Assembly: GCA_012295275.1 (NCBI GenBank)
Contig: CM022678.1
Location: forward strand, 6,386,001-6,450,000
DNA from: Chrysomallon squamiferum
Lineage: Eukaryota > Animalia > Mollusca
Direction: 5' to 3'
DNA length: 64,000 bases
A program made the translations under genes and the position numbers. A model generated the notes under the pieces. That model worked only from the letters and a program-made list of their open reading frames with translations, ran no database searches and was not told the DNA's origin. Positions 13,217-28,126 of this stretch are shown here, piece by piece (position 1 is the stretch's first letter; the number at the start of each line of letters is the position of its first letter).

Positions 13217-14642
13217 CATCAACATCATCATCATCATTATTGCTACAACTGCTGTTATTATCATTATCGTGCACATTATTGTTATTGTTATTGTTATTAA
13301 ATTAATAAAATTATGTCTTTAAGCTACAGATGAAATTTCCTGCCATCATAAAAGGATTAAGTTTGATCAATCTGAAAATAATTCAGGTGAGTAGAAATAT
13401 TCAATTACAGTTGACTTAGTATTTACGATTTAGTAAAACTGTTACTAGTACATTTGCATTGTGAAATGTGATGATTTTTGTACTTTAAACCCAAAAGATT
13501 ATTACAACAGTACAAAATCTTATTCGAAGTTTTGCACTGTAAACTTTGTTATTATTAACTCTTTTTTTTTTTTTTACACTTTTTTTTTTATAACTACAAT
13601 TTCGTGTCCTTTATTATTAACAAAGATTGATTTTCATAGAGCTACGTCACATAATTACTATTATTTTTAGCTTGATGCCTAATATTAACTTAAAAACTTT
13701 GACAACTGATTAAAAAAAAAAAAAAAAAAGTTAAAACTCGAAGCACATCACCACTAAGTGGTATACTTTATATTCAAAGTGCCGTTTTCGCCAAAGTATT
13801 CTTAACAGCTGTGGCCACGTTGCTGATGACGTTCTGTTGTTGCAGATGTTAAACGCTGGTCACTGGACGACGTTTCTCAGCTCCTGGAGAGCGTTCGCTC
13901 GGTTTTACCGAAACACGATGTCAGCAGATTCGCGATTCGGACGAACAGAATAGACTGGTCAGTGATAGCGTTCCAAGAATTCACAGCCGAAGAGTGTAAA
14001 CAAAAGTTTACGCACATCATAGAAAAGGTTCCCATTTTTTTTTTTCTCTCTCGTTTTGAAACAGATATTTTAAAAAAAAAGAAAAAAGAAAAGAAAAGAA
14101 AAGAAAAGTTTTTGGACAAGTAAAATGTTTGATGTAGATTTGTTTAGAACTGATCGTATGATTATGAGAAAGAATTAAAAATCAAATTGTAGAAAAGAAG
14201 AAGAAAAAAAAAAAACATTCTGGAAAATTTATAGAATCCGAGAAAAAATGAATATCAATTCTAGGAAAATAACTATGATATCTGAGAATGAATAAACATC
14301 AATTCTAGAAAAGAAAAATCTTTGATCTTGCAAAACTTTCATCCAGATTCTTAGAATTTTTTTTTTTGAAATATATTGCCTTTTTTCTTTTCCAAAATAC
14401 ATTACAGCTTCTAAGAAATGGGGAGTATAAATCTTAGAAATATTAACTTTTTTTAATACATTTTTTTCTAAATTAGGAGAAAAATACATTATAATTACAA
14501 GACATCATGTATAAATTGTGTGTGTGTGTTTAATAAATAGATTATAATATTTCTTTATTTTGACATTTAGAGAAATATGTTTGATCTGTATATTGTATGT
14601 CAATAATTAATATGTATGTGTATACATATGTACGTACGCATA

Positions 14643-14676
<34 letters not shown>

Positions 14677-17600
14677 CATATATACATACAGACATATACA
14701 CATATATATATATATATATATATTCACAACTGGTTTGATGTGTTTACGTACACACATACATATATACATACATAAAGACATACAGACATATATACATATA
14801 TTCACAACTGGTTTGATGTGTTTATGTACATACATACATATATATGGTTTGGTGTTTGTAATATTTTGATGATTGTTTATTTTGATGATCAGGTGCGACG
14901 TAACCAGACTCTGACTGAGTTGCTGAACGCTGCGACAGAAATGATAAAGTTACGGCCGAACTTGTTCAAAGAAAATGACGTAAGAAATTTCTGAAACAAA
15001 TTTTCATTTACTATTGTTACTGTTACTATGGTTATTATTCAACTTATTGTTATTTATTATTAGTTAGTTTTGTTATTATTAGAATTATTATTAGTAGTGT
15101 TGTAGTTTCGTTTGTTACTGTTATTGTTATTATTGTTTTAATATTTTATTGTGAATAATTTTAAAAAATAAGAAAATTCTGTTATTGTTATTAGGGTATT
15201 GTTGTTAGTAGTATTATTAATATTGTTATTATAATCATTATTGTTACTATCATTACTCATTACTGCATTTATTTTTATTAGTTTTAATATTTTCTTCTGA
15301 ATAATTTAAAAAAAAAAGAAAGAAGTTAAATGATAATTGTAAGAAAATGTAAATAAAATTCATATTGGGGAACATTTCTCTGTTTCTGAAAGAAAAAGAA
15401 AAAAGAAAAAAAATTCACAGTTAATTCTTCCTTTTTTTTAATTTCATTAATTGTTCCTTGCTCACTATTTAAATATTATTTACTGCAAGTTACAATGAAC
15501 TGGCATGTGATGTATTGTCGGAAAATAAGAATTCAAAACCTCTTGGATGCTGACATTTTGTGGATTTCCAATTATTTATTTTTTTCGGATTATTTTAATA
15601 CGTGAACAAAATCCATTGAGAATGATTTATTTTTTATCCTCCGTTAAAATAAAACAAAACATTATTATTATCATTATTATTATCATTGTCATTATCATTA
15701 TCATTATCATTATCATTATCATTATCATTATCATCATTATCATTATCATTATCATTATCATCATCATCAATACCAATACCAATATCATTATCATTACCAC
15801 TATCATTATCATTATCATTATTATTACTACTACTGCTACTACTATCATCATCATCATTATTATTGTAATCATTTTTATTATTATTATTATTATTATTTGT
15901 CATTATTATTGTTATTAATATTTTATTATTATTATTATTATTATTAATATTATTGTTATTATTAATTTTGTAAATATTATTAATATTGTTATTATTATTA
16001 ATATTATTATTAGTTATTATTATTATTGTCGTTATTATTGTTGTTAATAATATTATTAATACTATTATTATTGTTATTGATGTTGTTGTTGTTGTTGTTG
16101 TTGTTGTAGTTATGTGTTTGTTTGTTTTTCGAAGATCGACTTGCCCAAGAAGCCTCTCACTACATATTTTCATTTCCTCGCCGACAAACGAGAGAAGCTG
16201 AAAGCCGACCATCCGGAACTGAAAAATGTCGAGTTCGTCAAGTTGCTGTCTGATAAATACAAAAACCTCCCAGAGAAGAAGAAGGTAAGAAGAAGGAGTT
16301 ACACGACGTCTGTAGTCATCTTTTTTCTCTTTTTTTTTCGCTCTGTCTGCTTGCGGAAAAAAAAATGTTTAGAAAAAATTCACGTTTTTTGTTTTCCCCT
16401 TTCTCTTCGTATCTGCTCGTTTATTTCTGTGCGTAAAAGTGAGGGTTTTTTTTTTGTGTGTGTGTTTCTGTCCATTTCTGTTGGTCTGTTAGTCTGTCCT
16501 TGTGTACATGTTCACCTTCATACAGATGTATGTATGCACACATACATAAATATATACTTAGATACATACATAAATACATATATGCATATAAAACACACAA
16601 TTTATCTGTCAATTGGGGACTTGAGAATTTCCGGATTTCTGGTTACATACTAACTGTTTACTTAAAATGTAAAATGATAAATAAAAAAATAAAAAATTAA
16701 GGAATGTAACTGTATTTAGAAGACAGAAATTAATACACTTCTAGTTAGTTCATTGAAAATGAGTAAAACAGGTTTTTTGGGGTTTTTTGTTTTCACTTTA
16801 CGTTAATCTTATAGACGAGAAGATAATGAATGAAAGTGAGAGTAAACTGAAACGAATAAAAATACTCATAATGTGAGAGGATCAAGTGTACACACAGTGT
16901 CAGTCACACGCAGAAACTTAAAATAAAGTGTAAATTAATCAAAAGTTATATGTGTTAGAAAAACAGCTGGTTTTTCTTGTTTTGCTGGATTTCTCGGAAT
17001 CAGACAAAAGGTTAGGTACCTGTTTGTGTATGTTTATCTATTTGTGCGTGCGTGTGTGTGTGTGCATGTGTGTTTGTCAGTTTTTCTTGAGTACAATTAC
17101 ACAACCACTAACCCACTATCTATACATTAAAGAAATGTACATTAAAAGCAAGATTTTTTTTTTAATTTTGAACCTAAGTTAATTTTAAAATAGGTTTTGT
17201 GCATTGTCACAAAAACCTGATTAGAAAAGAAAACAAAAAAAAGTTAAAATGCATTTGAGATGGGACAGATATTGCATAGTGTGTGTGTGCGTGCGTGCGT
17301 GTGCACACATATGCCTATCTATATCTTACAGTGCATGCACTTCAGTTCATATTAGATTTTGACTGTCAGGCCTTGTAGACTATGCTCTTTTTTAATTTAG
17401 AATTATCTTACAGGTTGTATGATGCATCTGCTTTAGACTTTATTTGTCAACCTGTTAATGATTGAAGTGAATAACAGATGCAATAGATTCTGATATTAAA
17501 TAGAAGCCATTCCGAACTGACTATCCCTACCATATGGATGGATCAAATTATTCTGAGCTAAATAATTTTTTTTTTTTTTTTTAAAGAAAATATAATAATA

Positions 17601-19633
17601 GGGATGATGTTATTCATTTGTTTTTGTAGTTATCATCAGTACATTTTGTGAAATGATATATGCCAATGATGTTGTTTTAATAGTTGTTTATTAGTAGTAT
17701 GTGGGAGAATTTTGTATGTGAAATGGATATACCGGTTATTTATATTAATTTACTCACTGTTTCTATCAGTCACTTCCCCACTAACACAGTGGGACTGTTC
17801 TGTTATTATTAATGTTTCTTATTCATTTTAATTTGACTTTGCAGAAAAAGTACATCAAAATGGCAAAGGCTTCGAAAGACGAATATGATAGACAAATGCT
17901 AGAATTCAGGTTTGTTTTCTTCAGAAATGAAGGATAAGAAATACATTTTACAACATTTATTTTGATCTCTTTCCATTTTGTAAAAAAAAAACAACATTGG
18001 AGTTGTGTACATCATGAAGTATCAGACTTTAAAATTGATATGTATACATGTATTTTAAAAAAAGGCAACAGAAACAAGCTGCATTTTCAACATTAATGAA
18101 GAATACTGAAATCTGGTTTTTATTTTAAAATGTGATAACTTTAGGGTAACATTTTATTATTAACAAAGACTGGCAAGAAATACAGAATGATTACTAATGA
18201 TACTTTAATATATGTTTTTTTTTTTATTAAACTGTGTAGCATAGTCAAAAAAAAATACATTATTGTATACATGTTATTTAGATCAGACTTCAGATTAAAA
18301 TCTGATAACAAAAAACTACAAGACGTACTGAAAAATGTTGTCACGTGTTTTGAAAGTTATTACTATTATACAGACGTGATGTTATTAGTGAAATACATGT
18401 CTGTTTGTGTTTGTGATGTTGAAAATTAAAGATTTTTCTGTCTGTTTTTAGGAAAGAACACCCAGAGTTTGATGTGAAGCCATATTCTGATGCTCCAAAG
18501 CTGCCAACGCCATACACACTTTTCTGTCAGAGAAAACTGAAAGATATCAGTGAAACCGATCCAGATGTGAGTTCATCACCATTTAAAAAAAAAAAAAAAA
18601 AAAAAAATTTAGCATTATTTATTATTATTATTAATTTTTTTTAAAATAATTATGGTTATTAGATGTTAGACTTGTAATTTCTGTTTTTTTTAAATTTTTT
18701 ATTGTTATTTATTGTTATTTTATTTTATTTTATTATTTTATTTATATAGTTCTGTATTTTTTTTTTTTTTTCATTTCACTTCAGTTTACTTTACTTTTCT
18801 TTATTTTACTTTATTTTAGTTTACTTTACTTTACTTTTACATTATTTTACTTTATATTAATTTACTTTGCATTACTTCACATTACATTACATTACTTACT
18901 ATATTTTACTTTATCTTTACTTTACTTTACATTACATTACATTACTATACTTTACATTACATTACATTACTATACATTACATTACACTATATTTTACTTA
19001 TCTTTACTATACTATACTTTACTTTAAATTACATTACATTACTTTACTTCACTATATTTTGCTTATCTTTAACTTTACTTTACTTTACTACATTTTACTT
19101 ATCTTTAACTTTACTTTACTTTACTACATTTTACTTATCTTTAACTTTACGTTACTTTATCTGTCGTAGCCATGCGACACCAACTCTTAACAAATAGCAG
19201 CAAGCAACCATTTGTTTGCACCTTCCCGAAGGTAATACACTACATACCACAGCACGAGACATATATCCTGTGAATCTTTGTCCTCAGTGCTCTGTTCTGA
19301 CACTGAGCAGCTGAGCAGCAGCTGAGCATTCCATACAGCGTGTAAAAGACAGACTGAAAGTTTGTCAGTGTATTTCACTTACAACGGTTATTAAGAGTCT
19401 GTCATACATTTCTTATACAACGAGAGAACAATTGTACTGTCAGTTAGAAATTCTCATGTTTTACTGATTAACATCAATTATATCACACATACATATGTAC
19501 ATACATATATTCATAGATACGTACGTACGTACATACATATATACATACATACATAATACATACATACATACATAATAGATACATAGATACATACATAATA
19601 CATACATAGATACATAATACATACATACATACA

Positions 19634-19667
<34 letters not shown>

Positions 19668-19672
19668 CATAT

Positions 19673-19705
<33 letters not shown>

Positions 19706-20326
19706 TATATAAATATATCAGACATAGCATGACCTCTGAGATCTTGCTTCTGGTGCAGTTAAGTCTTCAGTTCAGTCTCTGGTCATTTTTTTATTGATTA
19801 TGTATCATCAGTATTGTCTCACTGCATTTCATTATGAGTGATGTTACCCAGAATGGATATTATTGATGTGTATATACAGGTACTGTACTAATTATCTGGC
19901 ACCCTGAAATCTGGAAAGACCAGAAAACTGGAAGTTTTTTCCCTGGCACTATTTTTATAGTTTGTGCGCATCAGTTTTGTCCTCACCAGACCAGAACTAC
20001 TCTTTCAAGCCACGTGGCGTTCATTCATTCGCCGCATTGTTTACATTTCGAGTCACCACAGTTGTGTATCATCATTTTTTTTTTTTTTTTTTATGTTTTT
20101 TAATTTTAAAATGTTTATGCCTAATTATATTCATATTTAGATGCCTTGGTAACGGAAAATCCAGAAATGTTGAATGCCTTCAGGCCCCAAGAAGTCTGGT
20201 TAATTGGTCCGGTACCCGTATTCTTTACCTAAATTGGCTGCTATTAACATTTGTGTATATATAGATATCAGTGTGAATTGATAACCAGTATGAAATACGA
20301 TTTGTTTTACTTTATTTCATTTGTTT

Positions 20327-20357
<31 letters not shown>

Positions 20358-21777
20358 TTAATTTATTTTTTTATTTTTTTTTATTTTTTTATATTTTTTT
20401 ATTAATTTTTAATTTGTTTTTTAATTTTTTTATTTTTTATTTTTTATTTTTTATTTTTTATTTTTTATTTTATTTTTTTATTATTATTGTTTATTATTTT
20501 ATTATTATTATTGTTTATTGTTTTACAGCTGTCTGCTGATGAATGTAAGTCTAGATGTAAGGAGATTTGGACAAATCTAAAACCAAAGAAAAAAATCAAG
20601 TGGATCAGAAAAGCTGCCAAAGTGTGGCCTCAGTATGTGGTGAGTTTTTGCTTCAGACGTAGATGAGTCAGTTCAGTTTTTGTTTGTTTTAAAGGGGAAA
20701 GGAGACTCAGTCTGTATGGATTTTTTGGTTCTTGTATTTGTGAGACTTATCTATTTAATTTTAACTAATATTTTTTATTTTTTATTAACAGTACCAAAGT
20801 TTGTAAGCAGTATTAAAATTTGAACTGTCAGTAATTTTTTTAATTTTTGCTGTTTCAGGAAGACATGGAGGCTTACATGAAAAAGAACCCGAAATTTCCA
20901 TTTCGTCCTCAGCATCTGTTCACACAGGAAGAGCAGCACCTGAAAGACAAGGACGACGGGAAACCAGAGAAACCACCAAGGTAGAAGTTTATTCTTTATT
21001 TTTTTCCATTTATTTTTTTTTTTTTACTGTTTATATTTTATATCTTTATTTTGTATTTTTTATATTTTTTTTAGTTGTTTTTAAATGTATATTGTGGGTA
21101 AACAAACAAAAAAACAACAAAAAAGATTGCACCTCTGAAATTTTTTATATGTTTTATTCGACACGTGGGAGGTTGTAATTTCAAGAAAGGTTGTTTTAAG
21201 GTCACATGATCCACGAGGTCAATCTGAATGTCATAAAGAAAGGTCAAACAGTCAGTGTACTCCAATATTCTCCACAAACTGAACAGTAATGGCAGATTTT
21301 GGGAATCCTTGTCATATTGCCTTTTTAACAATACTGATTTTATGAAGATTGGCCCAGTAGTTCATGCCCATTTTATCAGAAAATCTCAAAATTCAGGGGG
21401 TAGGGGCCATATCTCCCACACCACTGGTCCGATTGGCCTAAAATGTTGAATTTGGTGCTGTGGGATCCCAGTCAACAAGTATACCAAGTTTCCTATAAAA
21501 ATCTGAAACAGTCAGGGTTTAACCCATTGGGTGATTTGACACGGAATGACCCAGTTGGCATTTGGAATGTCAGGGTTATCGGAAATCAAGAATGTTCAAA
21601 TAAATTAAAAGTTTTAAAAACCCTCAGAGCTTTTGTGTGAAAATTGTCTTTGGCAGGTTCCTTAAAGTCACTTCCATAGTGTCCATTACCAGCATTTGTT
21701 ATTTATAATGCGTGCATTAAATCTTCGAGTATCACAATTGTTTTTAATCATTATCATTATTATTATCATTTTTAAAC

Positions 21778-21817
<40 letters not shown>

Positions 21818-22309
21818 TAATTCAATATGAGGGATAACTTGCATAGATAAGATATATATTATTTATATTATATTTATGGTGATGTGTCATATTACATTAT
21901 GTTACTATTTATATTATGTTTTGTATTATATTTATTATATTATCTTTTATTGTACTACACTACACTGCACTGTTTTATATATATACGTGTGTGTGTGTGT
22001 GTGTCTGTGTATATTTATACCTGTATCCATATCTATATATATGTGTGTGTGTTATATGTCTGTGTATATATATACCTGTATCCATATCTATATAAATGTA
22101 TGTCTGTGTATATATATGTATCCATATGTATCCATATCTATATAAATGTGTGTGTGTATATGTCTGTGTATATTTATACCTGTATCCATATCTATATAAA
22201 TGTGTGTGTGTATATGTCTGTGTATATTTATACCTGTATCCATATCTATATAAATGTGTGTGTGTGTTATATGTCTGTGTATATTTATACCTGTATCCAT
22301 ATCTATATA

Positions 22310-22340
<31 letters not shown>

Positions 22341-23783
22341 GTATATATAATTACAGCAATGGTTTTTACCTGTTCGTGGAAGAAGCAAAAGAACACACCA
22401 AAGAACACGAGTCGCTGAACAACTTGAGAGAAAAGTGGAAACGTTCAACAAAAGCCGAGAGGAGGTGGTACTTGGAACGGGCAAAAAAGGTGAACACATT
22501 TCTCAGTTCAGCATTTTTGTTTCTCTAGGGAAGCTAAATAAATATAAATAAATACAAAAAAATAAAATATAAGAAGAAAGGTGAACACATGTCTCAGTTC
22601 AGCATTTTTGTTTCTCTCTAGGGAAACTAGATAAATAAATTTAAAAAAAAATATAAAAAAATATAAAATATAAGAAGAAGAAGAAGTTTCATTCAGCAGA
22701 CTGGTTGCTTGTTGTGGCAAATTAAGATTAAAATCAAAAGTGGTTAATTGTCGTTAAGTAAAAGCAATACTGTTGTGTGTATGTGTGTGTGTATATATAT
22801 ATATATATATTATATACACATAGATAGATAGATAGAGAGATAGATTATATTCCTATAATTGGTACGTTGGTTACTTGTGCTGTCTTTGGGTGCAGGGTGT
22901 TCTTTACATTTATCATAAACAATTCTTTTGGATTATTTTTAATTACTGTATTTAGGTTTGGGTTAAATTTCCACAAATTTTTATCCTTCACCAGTAATGT
23001 TCCTGTAAATAAGACATCATAATGAGTCGTTTTATTACATTTATTTGTATTATATTATCATCAGACTGAGTCTTTATAGAAAATATTAGTACCTTTCATA
23101 CTCAGTCTTTATATGTTAATTTCTTTTAAATTTTTATTTTATTCGGCATCATTATTATCATCATCATCATTATTATTATTATTATTATTATTAATTATAA
23201 CATTTTCAGCCCATTATGTTTTACAAGGATGCTGGTTTTATATAATAAAGTTATTTCATTTATTGATATATTCTGTTCAATCCTGTTACGTCAGTAAAAT
23301 CAGTTGCGTAAACGTATTACATTAATTATGCTAATTAATTTGTCGCAGGCACAAGAAGAATATGCTGCAGCGTACGACGAATACTGTCAGCGTGTTGGAA
23401 ATGTTCAGTACATCATGAAAAGAAAGCCTTCGTCTAGCGCTGTTAGCGATAGCAACGATGTGCAGGTATTTCATTATCAATGGTGTCGTTTTGTTATTAT
23501 TGGTAATCACTGTTATTGTTATTTAATGTTGTAATTTTTATTATTGTTGTTACTTATCAGTATCATCATCATTATTATTATTATTGTCGTCATTTATTTA
23601 TTTTGTATTGTGATTTATTATTTTTGTAATTTTTTTATTATTATTTATTTGTATCATTATTTGTTTATTTATTTATTTTGTATTATTGTTATTTATTATT
23701 TATGTATTTTTGTAATTTACTTTTATTATTTTTTTATTATATATATATATATATATATATATCTTATATCTTATTTTATATTT

Positions 23784-23816
<33 letters not shown>

Positions 23817-23836
23817 GTACACAATTTAAAATAAAA

Positions 23837-23872
<36 letters not shown>

Positions 23873-24620
23873 TTTATTTTAAATTGTGTACTGAAATGTA
23901 AAATATAAGTGTTTGTGTTAATTATTATTATCACAATTTTTATTTATTTATTTTTAAAAAAAAAATTTATTGTCTTTAAATGCTTATCTTCTAAAATAAT
24001 TGTGTACCTGTGTTTGTGTTGTTTTATAAAGACCAAGAAGAAGCAAGAAGACACCAACCAGGAAGCAGACAGTGCGTTTATGGGGACTCAGTCTGATGTG
24101 GCTTCTGATTCAATCACAGGTGAATCGAACGAGGACGACCAGGTGAATTTTGTTTTAAAAATTATTTTTTTTTTACATTTCATCATGTTTTTTATTTTAT
24201 TTTATTTTATTTTATTTTTTTTATCCTGTTTTATTTTATTTACTGAATATTAAATGATTTAAACCAGATTTTAAAAAAATGAAGTAAAACAATTTTTTTT
24301 TTTTGTTGACATGTGTTTTTGTTTATTTTATTCACAAAGGTATTGTTATTATTCATTTTTATTTTATTTTTTTTTTTTTTACTCAACAATAAAACTGATT
24401 TATTTGACACCTGGGAACCATTATTTTAATATCAGCACTGATAACATTTATACTTTTTATTTATTTATTTTATATTTTTTTATTGTGTTGTTGTTTTATT
24501 TTATTTTATTTTTTTATTATTATTTTTTTTTTTACATATAATTTATTATTTTTTTTTTATTCTTATTTTTTTTATTTATTTATTTATTTTTTTTTTTTTT
24601 GTCATTTTATTTTTTTTCAT

Positions 24621-24700
<80 letters not shown>

Positions 24701-25071
24701 TCAATATATATGTATATATATAATGTATATTTATTGTCTTAAAATCAGGATGTTCACTCACCAAGGCAAACCATGATAACAAACTTCATGTAAGTAATGA
24801 TTACAAACAAAATATTTTCAAAAATCATGAAAATACACATAGTCAGTTCATTTTCTTTTCATCTTTTTAAATTACTTATTTATTATTAAAGTGTAAATAA
24901 TGGGGTACATGTGACATTTTTTATATATATATTTAGCAAAATAATAGTGATTTACATAAACCAACCTTTGCTAATAAATAAGTGTAAAAAAGTTATGAAA
25001 ACTGTCAGTTTTTTTTATCTTGTTATAGTAATTAGCTGTGTTACTGGACACATGTATGAAGATAAGGAAGT

Positions 25072-25108
<37 letters not shown>

Positions 25109-25188
25109 AACAGACATACACACATGCACTTAAATGTGATTTTATTTTCGTGCATATATTTATACTGGATAAATAGTTTTGTTATATT

Positions 25189-25227
<39 letters not shown>

Positions 25228-25953
25228 GTATAAAATAAAAATATAGATATTAAATTAAAATTTTTTTTTTAAAATTTGATAATTAAATATATCCCCCCCC
25301 CACCCCAGAAATGTATTTTTTTGTTGCATGTTTAATCTCATCAGTCTTGTCGTTAATTATTCAGATCAGGGAAGTCGAAACCAAACGATACTAAACTGCC
25401 GAAGACGTTTCCTGGGGAACCAGATCGACCGGTGAAGTACGTAAAATGAGTAAATTTTTTTAAAATATTTTTACCTAATTTAAATTTTCAAAAATTCATT
25501 TTGTACATGTAATATATTCTGTTATGCAACATCGACAATGGAACATGTGCATTGTGTCACGTTTTTTTTTTTTTTTTTTTTTTAATATTATTCATTTCTT
25601 TTTGAAAAATTATGCAGTTAATAGTCTGGGCATCAAATTTTGTCAGCTGTTTACTTATTTATGTTTATCAACAGTCATAGTGTATTGTTGTTATTATTAT
25701 TATGTGTCAGTTTTGTTTTGTTTTGATTTTTGTTTGTTTGTTGCAGCTTGGTTGGCAGTTTTTGAATATGAAAATGTGTCATTTTTAATTCATTGATTGT
25801 TTTTATTCAACTACAAAATAACACCAGTAATGGTATACATACACATACACACACGTGTGTGTGTGTGTGTGTGTGTGTATACCATTACTGATGTTATTTT
25901 GTAGTTGAATAAAAACATCAATGAATTTATGTATGTGTATATGTATATGTGTG

Positions 25954-25995
<42 letters not shown>

Positions 25996-26083
25996 CATGT
26001 ATGTATGTATGTATGTATGTATATATCTATATGCATGGGTGTATAGATGTATTGTGTAAATACTATTTTCACGTGCATATCCA

Positions 26084-26135
<52 letters not shown>

Positions 26136-26445
26136 GATGCATAATAAAACAGAATTATAAATAACATACATATTAATTATTTTACATGTGTATTGCAGCA
26201 GCTCCTATCTCCTCTTCTGTAAAGATCTGCTTCCGACACTGAAAGACATGGTGACCAGTGAGAGGATGCAGGAGGTTGCTAGGCGATGGAAGGAGGTGAC
26301 AGCAGAAGAAAAACAGCAGCTACAGAGACGTGTGGACAAACAGAGACATAAGTACCTGAAAAAACTAGAAAAATTCAAACAAGTATTTATATTTGTACAG
26401 TTTGGGAGGGGGAAAAATAATTTTGGGTTCTGGTTTCTACCGTTT

Positions 26446-26495
<50 letters not shown>

Positions 26496-26952
26496 TCCCT
26501 CTCCCTCTCCCTCCCTCCTTTTGACTGATTTCATTTAAAGTATGTTTTGAAACAAGAAAATCAGCTTTAATTTAAAAAGTAATTTCGTTTCACATTCTAG
26601 ACTGAGCTCTCATTTTCTTTACCATTACCAAATTTAATGTCACTATTTTATTGTTCCTTTTAATTTTTTTTTTTTAAATTTTAAATCATTTTATCATATA
26701 TTTTCTTTATTTTTTTCTTTATTTTGTTTCAATTTAACATTATTTTATGATATATATATATTTTTTTTTATCATATTTATATTTTTTTTTTTTTTGTCAA
26801 TTTAACCTTTTTTTTTTTTTTTTAATTTGTTTTACCTATTAAAATTTAGCACTGTGTTGTTATTTATTCTTTTTTAGACTCTGAATCCCGATGAACTGGG
26901 GCGCTTTGAGAAAATTCTGGCAGCTCGTGCTGGAAAACCAAAACAAAAGTAA
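10504..26952 (+). CDS. UBTF: Nucleolar transcription factor 1 / upstream binding factor (UBF)-like multi-HMG-box protein, 16 coding exons, 561 aa
   Basis: GT-AG exons forming one open frame of 1686 nt: 10504-10561, 13324-13386, 13846-14027, 14893-14979, 16135-16284, 17845-17909, 18452-18566, 20529-20639, 20859-20980, 22357-22489, 23349-23465, 24032-24142, 24749-24789, 25365-25436, 26199-26382, 26878-26952. RWSLDDVSQLLE..IDWSVIAFQEFTAEECKQKF..VRRNQTLTELL matches the UBF N-terminal dimerisation domain. DLPKKPLTTYFHFLADKREK..LSDKYKNLPEKKK and LKDKDDGKPEKPPSNGFYLF match UBF HMG boxes. The first two exons are less certain. Confidence 0.9.
19877..20218. mobile_element. Putative MITE (Tc1/pogo-type non-autonomous element) in a UBF intron
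   Basis: Imperfect terminal inverted repeats: left caggtactgtactaattatctgg versus reverse-complemented right cgggtaccggaccaattaaccag. TA flanks both sides. Confidence 0.45.
21990..22330. repeat. ~50-bp tandem repeat just upstream of UBF exon 10
   Basis: The unit tatatgtctgtgtatatttatacctgtatccatatctatataaatgtgtgtgtg repeats about 6 times. Confidence 0.8.
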
Positions 26953-28062
26953 ACCCACCCATCTAACCTCTCGGCCATCTTGACTTTGTTAACAAACATG
27001 AAGAAAGTGAAATGAACTGCGACTGAGACATTTTTAAAATTCATCTTTCTTACGAAGCGAATTTTTTTTTTATCTTCATCGCAATGCTAAAACTTTTTTT
27101 CCATCTTAAAAAGTGAAAAACATTCATTTGTGAACATTTATCATTGTCATGAAGCAAAAACATTTTACTCTCATATGCAGTAACGTTCTTAGAAAGCTTG
27201 TTTGTCTTTGTTGAATTACAAAAAATATTTAACGTTCTTATGAAGCAAAATATTTTGTCTTATAAATAAAAGTAAAAAAATTCATTTTTGTTGGGACACA
27301 AAAGCAACATTCATCCTTCTTACAGAGGTAAATATTTATCTTATAAATAAATAAGATATTTTATCTTTCTTAAGAAGGAAAAATATTTAATTTTGTTATG
27401 AAGTTAAACATTGATAATCTTTTGAAGAAAAACATTTATCTTTCATCTTAAGTTAATCATCATTCATCTTTCCTCCAAAGAAAAATCATTTATGTTTCTC
27501 TTACAAAACAGAATCTTTTTTATTTTGTAATTTTTTTTTTTTTTTTTTGTTTCTTCCGTTTTTGAAGGAATCTTGTTTGAAAAGTTTTTTTTTTATAATT
27601 TTTTTTTACTAAGTTAGGATGATGGATGATTTTTATTTTCTCCTCCTCTGCTGTTTGTGTCATTCAGCAGCTTTTTTGTGAAACATGTGACAATGACGAG
27701 AACTTTATCTTCTGTAATATTAAGTTCATGAAAGTTATTAAGAGTTGCCCCCTTGAAAATAGAGCGATTTTTATTTTTATTTTTTTTTTTTTTTTTAAGG
27801 TTATAATTATGTGAAATCAGTATAACATTCACTGTTAAACCTGCACTGAAGCAATGTTTTTTTTTTCTTGATTTTTTTTTAAATTAATTTGTTCATGTTA
27901 ACAATTTTTAAAATAGATTTCAGTTAATTCTGCAATTTCTTGTTGTATTTGGTTGTTTTTGATGTTTTTTTTTTTTTTTTTTTTTTTTTCCCTGTTTTAT
28001 CATTCCCAATAAGTTTTAACTTTCAAGTAGAGTAGGTTTTTAATTATTTCATTGAGAGCTAA

Positions 28063-28126
<64 letters not shown>

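Noticed and set aside
21170-21560. Repeat-like GC-richer block in a UBF intron, possibly a DNA transposon end
   Set aside because: No matching opposite terminus, target-site duplication or transposase motif was found in the window.
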